A stretch of 58,991 nucleotides of DNA from a virus (lineage: Duplodnaviria; Caudoviricetes), in IMG/VR virus record IMGVR_UViG_3300036862_000046, positions 1 to 58,991 of that record; one strand, written 5' to 3'. The translations under genes were made by a program, and so were the position numbers. The notes beneath the pieces are model-generated. The model searched no databases. It had not been told where the DNA came from and worked only from the letters and a program-made list of their open reading frames with translations. Below, piece after piece: positions 52,645 through 58,991 of this stretch (its first letter is position 1; each line of letters starts with the position of its first letter).

Positions 52645-53900
52645 CGCTGGAAGTGAGCCTCCGTGGCGTTTCGTGCAACATGCGCTGCAGCTACTGCTAC
52701 CAGAATCCCGTCCGAGACTCCGGCACTCGTCCGCCCAAGATCGACATGGCCGCGGTGAAGGCTGCCCTGGTCCAGGAGATGGTGCAAGGAAAGAAGGGCG
52801 ACGGCTTCACCGTCTTCGGAGGCGAGCCGCTTTTGGCGACGCTGCCTGAACTCGAAGAGCTGTGGGCCCTCGGTCTCGCGACTGCTGGGAAGAACGGGGT
52901 CCAGACCAACGGGACGCTGATCACCGACGCGCACATCACGGCCTTCAAGCAGTACAAGGTACACGTCGGGTTCTCGGTCGACGGCCCCGGTCTCCTGAAC
53001 AGGAACCGCTGGCTGTTCTCCGACGCCGCGACGGACGCCGGCACGGCGAGGTCCCAGGCCGCCATCGAGCGATGTCTGGCGGAGGGCGTAGGCACCTCGC
53101 TCATCGTAACGCTGTCCCAAACCAACGCGGCTCCGGCCGTACTCCCAGAACTCCTCGCGTGGCTGACCGCCCTGGCTAGCCAGGGACTTCGCTCCGTCCG
53201 GGCCCACGTCCTGGAGGTCGACGGCAAGGAAGGTGAGGCGCTGAAGCTCACGCCGGAGGAGAACGTGGCCGCGCTCGCGGCGCTCGAGGCTCTGGAGGCG
53301 ACGACCCCGCTCCGCTTCGACGTGTTCTCTGACATCCGGAAGCTATTGACCGCAGACGACGATCAGGTGACTTGTGTCTACAACGCCTGCGATCCCTGGA
53401 CCACGCCGGCCGTGCGCGGCGTCGAGGCGGACGGCACGCGGACGAACTGCCAGCGTACCAATAAGGACGGCGTCAACTGGGTCAAGGGCGCCAAGACGTC
53501 CTACGTCCGCCAGCTCGGCCTCTACGCCACGACCCAGGCGAACGGTGGGTGCCAGGGCTGCCGCTTCTTCGTCGGGTGCAAGGGCCAGTGCCCCGGTACC
53601 GCGATAGACGGGGACTGGCGGAACCGCTCGCGCGACTGCCCTACGTGGTTCGCGATGTTCGAGAGGGAGGAGCGCCGGCTGTCGGCCGCGGGCCGCGTGC
53701 CCGTATCGCTCCGTCCCGACCTTCCGAAGATCGAGGCCGCGATGATGGGCGCCTTCGAGCGTGGCCAGTTCATGAGCGTCAAGGGCGCCGTGGCGGTGGC
53801 CGAGGGACGCGCGCCTGCGGCCGGTACTCTCGGGAATTTTCACGGAGATCATCACGGGGACAGTCACGGGGACTCTGACCGTGGTATAATTAAGGGATAA
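52641..53900 (+). CDS. Radical SAM/SPASM domain maturase
   Basis: CNMRCSYC, GGEPLL, QTNG, SVDGP; SPASM C..C, G..NC, CQGC.....C.G.CP, C. Confidence 0.9.
   Translation: MTLEVSLRGVSCNMRCSYCYQNPVRDSGTRPPKIDMAAVKAALVQEMVQGKKGDGFTVFGGEPLLATLPELEELWALGLATAGKNGVQTNGTLITDAHITAFKQYKVHVGFSVDGPGLLNRNRWLFSDAATDAGTARSQAAIERCLAEGVGTSLIVTLSQTNAAPAVLPELLAWLTALASQGLRSVRAHVLEVDGKEGEALKLTPEENVAALAALEALEATTPLRFDVFSDIRKLLTADDDQVTCVYNACDPWTTPAVRGVEADGTRTNCQRTNKDGVNWVKGAKTSYVRQLGLYATTQANGGCQGCRFFVGCKGQCPGTAIDGDWRNRSRDCPTWFAMFEREERRLSAAGRVPVSLRPDLPKIEAAMMGAFERGQFMSVKGAVAVAEGRAPAAGTLGNFHGDHHGDSHGDSDRGIIKG
53881..53890 (+). promoter_or_regulatory. Extended -10 promoter
   Basis: GTGGTATAAT ahead of the endonuclease ATG. 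Confidence 0.45.
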
Positions 53901-54595
53901 TGCACTATCTCTTGTACGCTCTTTACTCCTCACGAGACATCTCGCGACCTAAGTACGTCGGTAAGACTGGTGACCCTGCGAGAAGGCTGCGGCGGCACGT
54001 CTACGACGCGCTGCGGGGTGGAGAGACCTATAAGGACCGGGGCATCCGTAAGGAATACCGCGAAGGTTTCGATGTCTTACCGCGTCCCCTCGCTTGGTTC
54101 GCGACGGAGGCCGAGTGCTTCACTGCGGAGATGTATCTCATAGCTAAATGGCGCGGGAATCTGTGGAACACTACGGCGGGCGGGGAAGGCTTTTCAGGAC
54201 CGCACTCGGCGGAACACAACTTAGCGGTCAGCGTAGCTAAGAAAGGTAAGAGTACCGGGCCTCTGTCTGAAGCAACCAAAGCCAAGATGAGCGCGTCTAC
54301 CAAGGGAAAACCTCATTCGGCCGAGCATAACGCAGCATCGGGCCTTGCCAATCGCGGCCGCAAGCGAACAGCCGAGGCTCGCCACAGAATGCGCATCGCG
54401 AGATTGAATTGGCTGAGTCAAAAGTCCATGTCTTCCGAGACCAGGGCAAAAATGAGCGCGGCGACCCGGGGCAGGCCACACTCGGCGGAGCATAATGCGG
54501 CTGTCGGGCTTGCAAATCGCGGCAAGAAACGTACGCTCGCATCCCGGGCAAAAATGAGCGCGGCGCGGCGAGCGTATTTTTCGAGAATACGTTGA
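53900..54595 (+). CDS. GIY-YIG-type homing endonuclease with NUMOD3 repeats
   Basis: LYALYSS..KYVGKT, N...GGEG, PHSAEHN x3. Confidence 0.85.
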   Translation: MHYLLYALYSSRDISRPKYVGKTGDPARRLRRHVYDALRGGETYKDRGIRKEYREGFDVLPRPLAWFATEAECFTAEMYLIAKWRGNLWNTTAGGEGFSGPHSAEHNLAVSVAKKGKSTGPLSEATKAKMSASTKGKPHSAEHNAASGLANRGRKRTAEARHRMRIARLNWLSQKSMSSETRAKMSAATRGRPHSAEHNAAVGLANRGKKRTLASRAKMSAARRAYFSRIR

Positions 54596-56016
54596 AGGAG
54601 TTCTTCGACGGTCCCGTGTGGTCCTCCACCGCGAACCAGAAGCTCTGGGAGCCTCGGCTGCGCGCCATATCGAACGCGTGGCAGGAGCTGGAACTCCGGA
54701 GCGTGGCGGCGGGACTCCGCAACTCCGCGCTCGTGACTATTCCCATCGAGACCTTCGCGGCGAGACAGCAGGCAGCCCTGGACGTGGGACTCGTGTCGAC
54801 CGTACTCGGGTCCACGTTCTCGGCCGACTCCTACGCTGCGGGCCCTACGTCCTCCGGTCGCCCGGCGCTCCGCGTCGCGGTACACCGGCCTGGGCTGGGA
54901 AAAGACTGGCGTGAAGCGTGGGCTGGGTCAGATAACGAGACCATCGGCGTTCTCCTCGGTTTCCCGGCGTGCTGCCGTAAGTTCTTCCATACCGCTTGGA
55001 CCGGCGCAGGGGGCATAGACTCGACCCCGGCGATGTGGGGCGTCGAGGGCCCCGCGATCTCGAACATCCTTCTCCGGTGGCTCGGCGTACGCCTCGTGCC
55101 TCATCTTCCCTGTCGCGGAGACTGCACCGCGACGGCGAGTCAGGCCGGAGACTTCCACAACCTCGGCCGCACGACCGGGCTAGGGGACGTGATGGACTGG
55201 GCCGAGGAAGCTCTCGGATGGCCGATGACCTGGAGCGCGACCAACGGGATAGGGGAGGTCGTGACCCCGGTCCTCAAGTTCCGGTTCTCCACGGTCGTGA
55301 GCCCGAGTACGGTCCTCCGTTCCAGGAAAGGCACCGTTCCGCTAAGCGCGGAACAACGGGAGACCCGGAACGACCCGCGCGCGTCCGCGGTGTGGACGAG
55401 CAACGGGTTCGCGTCCTTCGACTCGATGAAGTCCGCACACGCCGTCGTGATGAACGCCGTCAAGGCGTCCGGCTTCACCGGGGGCCGGGTCCTCGACCTC
55501 GGGTGCGGGGACGGGCGGCTGCTGAGCTGGATCACGCTGATCTTCCCGGGTACCGAGGGGTACGGGATCGACACGGACGCCGGGCGGATCGCCAGGGGCA
55601 AGGACCGAGACCCTCGCCTGCATCTCGGGGTGGACGACATCTCGAATTTCGGGCTGCCGGAGCCGGGGGACGAGCCGTGGGACCTGGTACTCCTGATGCC
55701 CGGGAGACTCCTGGAGTTCGATCGCGGCATAGACCTCGCGCGGCTCTTGCCGCAGATCGCGAAGCGCGTCGTCGTGTACGCGTACGGCGACTGGCTGGCC
55801 CGCTACGGGGCGAGGGAAGAAGGTTCCGGACTAGTCCCGCTCGCCGAGGACGCGGGGCTTCGGCTGTCGAGCGCCGTCATATACGGACCCGGGGTCGCTG
55901 CGGCCACGGTGAAACTGGTCTGCGGTGCGCGAACGTGTCAAGACGCGATCTGCGATGCTCCGGTATTTCCTGGGCATCATCACGACGGGCCGTCTTTCCC
56001 GTCCGAAGAGGAATAA
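54592..56016 (+). CDS. Cys-motif (DUF483-like) domain fused to class I SAM methyltransferase
   Basis: G.LLGFPACC..FF, N.LLRWLGVR.VPHLPC..DC; VLDLGCGDG, GID. Confidence 0.75.
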   Translation: MKEFFDGPVWSSTANQKLWEPRLRAISNAWQELELRSVAAGLRNSALVTIPIETFAARQQAALDVGLVSTVLGSTFSADSYAAGPTSSGRPALRVAVHRPGLGKDWREAWAGSDNETIGVLLGFPACCRKFFHTAWTGAGGIDSTPAMWGVEGPAISNILLRWLGVRLVPHLPCRGDCTATASQAGDFHNLGRTTGLGDVMDWAEEALGWPMTWSATNGIGEVVTPVLKFRFSTVVSPSTVLRSRKGTVPLSAEQRETRNDPRASAVWTSNGFASFDSMKSAHAVVMNAVKASGFTGGRVLDLGCGDGRLLSWITLIFPGTEGYGIDTDAGRIARGKDRDPRLHLGVDDISNFGLPEPGDEPWDLVLLMPGRLLEFDRGIDLARLLPQIAKRVVVYAYGDWLARYGAREEGSGLVPLAEDAGLRLSSAVIYGPGVAAATVKLVCGARTCQDAICDAPVFPGHHHDGPSFPSEEE

Positions 56017-56019
56017 GCG

Positions 56020-56607
56020 ATGGCGTGGACCACCCCGAGGACCTGGAACCCAGGCGAGTTTGTAACTGCTACGATGATGAACGCGCATGTGCGCGACAAC
56101 CTCAACATCGTCAAGACGTCCGTCGCGGACGACGGGCTCCTGAACGAGTTGGTCGTCGCGACCATCCTCGCGTCGGCGAACGTCACGACGGGGGAGACGG
56201 ACCTCGCGGGATACACCTATACCGTCGCGGCGGGTAAGTTCGCGGACGGCGAGGGTCTGGAGATCCACGCTACGGGGACGCTCGCGGCGAACACGAACAC
56301 GAAGACGCTCCGGATCGACGTCGGCGGCCAGAAGGTGACCCTGGTCCTCAACACGACGAACGTCGCGAGCAACGTGTTCAATGTCCGGGTGCGGGTGATC
56401 CGTAACGCTGCGACGACGGCTATCCTCACGGGGACGTCGAGCTTCAACGCGGCGTCCGGCGCTGCGCCTACGGTCTGGCACTTCGCCGCGGCTATCTCCT
56501 CGCTCACCTGGTCCGGCGCGACGATCGTCAAGCTCACCGCGCAGTCCAGCGCAGCGTCGAACGACATCATCATGTCGTCCGGGCAGTTCGAGATCAAGGC
56601 TTCGTGA
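56020..56607 (+). CDS. Tail-fibre-family protein with C-terminal beta-sandwich
   Basis: MAWTTPRTW..GEFVTA..MN.HVRDNL. Confidence 0.7.
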   Translation: MAWTTPRTWNPGEFVTATMMNAHVRDNLNIVKTSVADDGLLNELVVATILASANVTTGETDLAGYTYTVAAGKFADGEGLEIHATGTLAANTNTKTLRIDVGGQKVTLVLNTTNVASNVFNVRVRVIRNAATTAILTGTSSFNAASGAAPTVWHFAAAISSLTWSGATIVKLTAQSSAASNDIIMSSGQFEIKAS

Positions 56608-57350
56608 TCGACTGGAGCCGGGTCGCAGAGCCGTCGTTCTATTCTAACCGGCGCATCCAGGAATACGCGCAGTGTCGCTGGCCCGGCCTCCGCACCGGAC
56701 ACTTCGACGTAGAGATACTCGGGCGGGAACTGTCCGAGGCGTATGGCCCCGCGGAGATACCGACCGTTAATCCAGTCCTCGACTGCCTAGACGCCTGGCC
56801 CGAAGGCGAGCAAGCCGTGTTCGGCGCGGCAGGGTGCTTCTGGCCCGTGGCCAGGGCCGATGGTAAGCCCGGCGGACTCGGCTGCATGTGCGGCCACGAC
56901 GAGCCGTCGGCGGCCCGGCCCTACGCGACGATCTACGCCTCGACGTGGGATCCAGTCGGCGGTGCCGAGGGTCTCGTTCACGAGGCGGGCCATCTCCGCC
57001 TCAAAGCGCTCGGCGTACAGCTCGAGACCCACGACGGCTTGCTTCTCTCAAACAGCCCAACGGAGCTGTTTGAGAGTCCCATCCGTAAAGACAAACTCCG
57101 ACCGATGTCCGCGGTCCTCCAGGCGCAGTATTCCTACGTGATGGTGACCGCTCTCGACGTCGCCCTGGCTGACGCGGCGCACGCGGCGATTAACCTCCCT
57201 CGGATCCTCGAGGGACGGGAGACCCTTCGGCACTCCGCCAGGTGGACTGCCGAAGGGTCTGAGTTCGCACGCGGGCTGTACGACTGGACGACCCGGGTCG
57301 TCGACGCCGCCCTGAAAATAACAGTGGACAACCGGGCTGTCAGGGCATAG
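56604..57350 (+). CDS. alphaKG-HExxH-type peptide beta-hydroxylase-like protein
   Basis: AEGLVHEAGHLRL...ESPIRKDKLRPMSAVLQAQYSY. Confidence 0.8.
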   Translation: MIDWSRVAEPSFYSNRRIQEYAQCRWPGLRTGHFDVEILGRELSEAYGPAEIPTVNPVLDCLDAWPEGEQAVFGAAGCFWPVARADGKPGGLGCMCGHDEPSAARPYATIYASTWDPVGGAEGLVHEAGHLRLKALGVQLETHDGLLLSNSPTELFESPIRKDKLRPMSAVLQAQYSYVMVTALDVALADAAHAAINLPRILEGRETLRHSARWTAEGSEFARGLYDWTTRVVDAALKITVDNRAVRA

Positions 57351-57353
57351 ATT
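57325..57353 (+). promoter_or_regulatory. Sigma70-type promoter
   Basis: AAAATAAC then TGGACA-17 bp-TAGATT. Confidence 0.5.
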
Positions 57354-57385
57354 GCCTCCGTACGTTGAGATTCAAGGAGGCCAAC

Positions 57386-57685
57386 ATGAGAACGAAGAGA
57401 GAAGCCCGTACCCACGGCGGCAGGCCCCGTAACTCTCGGGAGCTCCGCAAGATCGACAGGAGACGCGAGGACCGAGGAATACCGGCGCCGGTCCGCAGGC
57501 AGTCCCTCGGCGCTCCTACGGCCGACGAGGTCCGTCGGGTCCGTCAGATGCGTCGGGAGGGCCAGACCTACGTCGAGATCGACAAGGCCATGGGATGGCC
57601 TGACGCCCACGGCGGACGTACCTGGTACCTGCTCAACGTCCCGACGGCGTACCGGTCCGGCCGTAAGGTCCAGAGGCACCGGTGA
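57386..57685 (+). CDS. Basic HTH-like protein
   Basis: SD AAGGAGG; VRQMRREGQTYVEIDKAMGWPD. Confidence 0.6.
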   Translation: MRTKREARTHGGRPRNSRELRKIDRRREDRGIPAPVRRQSLGAPTADEVRRVRQMRREGQTYVEIDKAMGWPDAHGGRTWYLLNVPTAYRSGRKVQRHR

Positions 57686-57861
57686 GCCGGTACAGCGTGG
57701 AAGCCGTTAGGGTCGAGAGGGCCAGCGTCTTCGTCGAGGCAGACAGCCCGGAGGCCGCGGTGGCCACGGTCAAGGGGTTCATCTTCGCCGGCGGGATCCA
57801 GTTCGCCCAGTTCTGGAAAGACGCCACGATGAGCTGGCAGTTCAAGGCGACTCTAAAATAA
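57682..57861 (+). CDS. Small hypothetical protein (59 aa)
   Basis: GTGA overlap; VEADSPEAA. Confidence 0.55.
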   Translation: MSRYSVEAVRVERASVFVEADSPEAAVATVKGFIFAGGIQFAQFWKDATMSWQFKATLK

Positions 57862-57864
57862 CTG

Positions 57865-57894
57865 TGTACTCCGGCCGCCTCCCTGTGTTAGGAT
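57865..57894 (+). promoter_or_regulatory. Sigma70-type promoter
   Basis: AAAATAAC then TGTACT-18 bp-TAGGAT. Confidence 0.45.
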
Positions 57895-57926
57895 GGTGCT
57901 ACCGTCATAGGGAGGCGGCCTAAAAG

Positions 57927-58145
57927 ATGAGTCACCTCACGGTCCCGGTAGGGACCCTCGAACACGACGACGCCTTCGTGACCCCCCTCACGGGTCGACT
58001 GGGCCGGATGATAGACTTCCCCGGACTCACCCGTCCTCTGGACGAGGAGGAGTACGGGGAGCTCCACGGCGGGGTCGTGGTTCGCTTCTCCGACGGCATG
58101 GTCAAGGAGCTGCACCGCGACGTGCTGGTGCGGCCTCTCCAGTGA
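57927..58145 (+). CDS. Hypothetical protein
   Basis: SD GGAGG; GTGA overlap with next gene. Confidence 0.55.
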   Translation: MSHLTVPVGTLEHDDAFVTPLTGRLGRMIDFPGLTRPLDEEEYGELHGGVVVRFSDGMVKELHRDVLVRPLQ

Positions 58146-58927
58146 AGTTCCACGAGGCCTGGCACGACGTTCTAGACGCCACGCTCCACGCCGGCATCGA
58201 GTCCGCCCCGCGCGGGAAGAGAGTCCTCGAGCGCATCGGTGTCGCGGTGAGGTTCGACGGCCTGAGCGCGTTGCTCGTTCACCCCGGACGGGCGCTCAAC
58301 TACCGCTTCGCCGTGGCCGAGTGGCTGTGGATCGCGCGCGGTATCGACCTCCTCGCTCCCTTGACGCGGTACAACTCCCGGATGGCCGAGTTCTCGGACG
58401 ACGGGGAGACCCTGGCCGGCGCGTACGGACCGCGGCTCCTGGGCCAGTGGGCGTACGTCGTGGACAAGCTCCGGGACGACCCGGACTCCCGCCAGGCGGT
58501 AGCGTCGATCTGGACGCCGAACCCCGCGCCCTCGAGGGACGTCCCCTGCACCCTCTCCGTGCAGTTTCTGGTCCGCGACGGTCGGGTCCACGGGATCTGG
58601 AACATGCGCTCCAGCGACCTATGGCTCGGCCTCCCCTACGACGCCTTCAGCTTCGCCCGTCTTACGTCCTGCGTCGCCGGCGAGTTGGGTCTCCGGACGG
58701 GCTTCGTGGAGATCCACGCTGGGTCGAGTCACCTGTACAAGGAGCACTGGGGCTCCGCCATCCGCGTCATCGGACGCCGCCCCGACGGCAGAACTGTCCG
58801 CTCGCCCGAGCTGACCGGTTTCCCACAGTTCGCAGGAACGTTTCATCAGGAGCCGTGGTCCAGGTACGCCGACGTCCTCGAGTCCCGGTCCTCGGCCGCG
58901 GCTCTCGAGGTCCTGGAGCGACCGTGA
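58142..58927 (+). CDS. Thymidylate synthase-family protein, probable dCMP (hydroxy)methylase
   Basis: PRG, AE.LW, GAYGPR, SRQAV, DVPC, MRSSD.WLG.PYD, SSHLY. Confidence 0.85.
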   Translation: MKFHEAWHDVLDATLHAGIESAPRGKRVLERIGVAVRFDGLSALLVHPGRALNYRFAVAEWLWIARGIDLLAPLTRYNSRMAEFSDDGETLAGAYGPRLLGQWAYVVDKLRDDPDSRQAVASIWTPNPAPSRDVPCTLSVQFLVRDGRVHGIWNMRSSDLWLGLPYDAFSFARLTSCVAGELGLRTGFVEIHAGSSHLYKEHWGSAIRVIGRRPDGRTVRSPELTGFPQFAGTFHQEPWSRYADVLESRSSAAALEVLERP

Positions 58928-58991
58928 CCCGCAGGCCTCTCCCGATCCGGGTCGCGGCTGTGATCGTTTACGGCCTCACGTTCTACTTCGC
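58865..58991. repeat. Terminal direct repeat, copy 2
   Basis: Identical to 1-127. Confidence 0.95.

Noticed and set aside
52641-53900. rSAM as QueE, NrdG or anaerobic sulfatase maturase
   Set aside because: SPASM cysteines present; no que, nrdD or sulfatase genes; neighbours fit peptide modification better
1-58991. tRNA genes, integrase, repressor
   Set aside because: None recognised by eye; tRNAscan and HMM searches not run, so absence is provisional

Overview
Apparently complete, circularly permuted ~58.9 kb high-GC tailed dsDNA phage genome. Bases 1-127 equal 58865-58991, which I read as an assembly overlap. Credible genes are essentially all on the + strand, and I recognised no integrase or repressor. 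Layout: (i) early region (57.3 kb, wrapping to 6.4 kb) of small genes behind repeated, mostly leaderless sigma70-type promoters; (ii) DNA modification and replication: thymidylate-synthase-family enzyme with the dCMP-type Asp, double methyltransferase, dNMP kinase, PolA, VRR-NUC/MazG, Cas4-like nuclease, SNF2 helicase, SSB-like protein, primase-VapE, and a GTAACA iteron array; (iii) a block of exported proteins; (iv) packaging, head and tail genes with an ADP-ribosyltransferase splitting the MuF locus and Maf/CstII-like glycosyltransferase homologues. Standout feature (51.2-57.35 kb): a tail-fibre-family protein ending in 26 His-x-Asp triplets is coupled to a radical SAM/SPASM enzyme, a SAM-methyltransferase fusion and an alphaKG-HExxH-type hydroxylase. 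This looks like RiPP (triceptide-like) maturation machinery aimed at a virion protein. All family calls are from motif recognition by eye; no database search was run.
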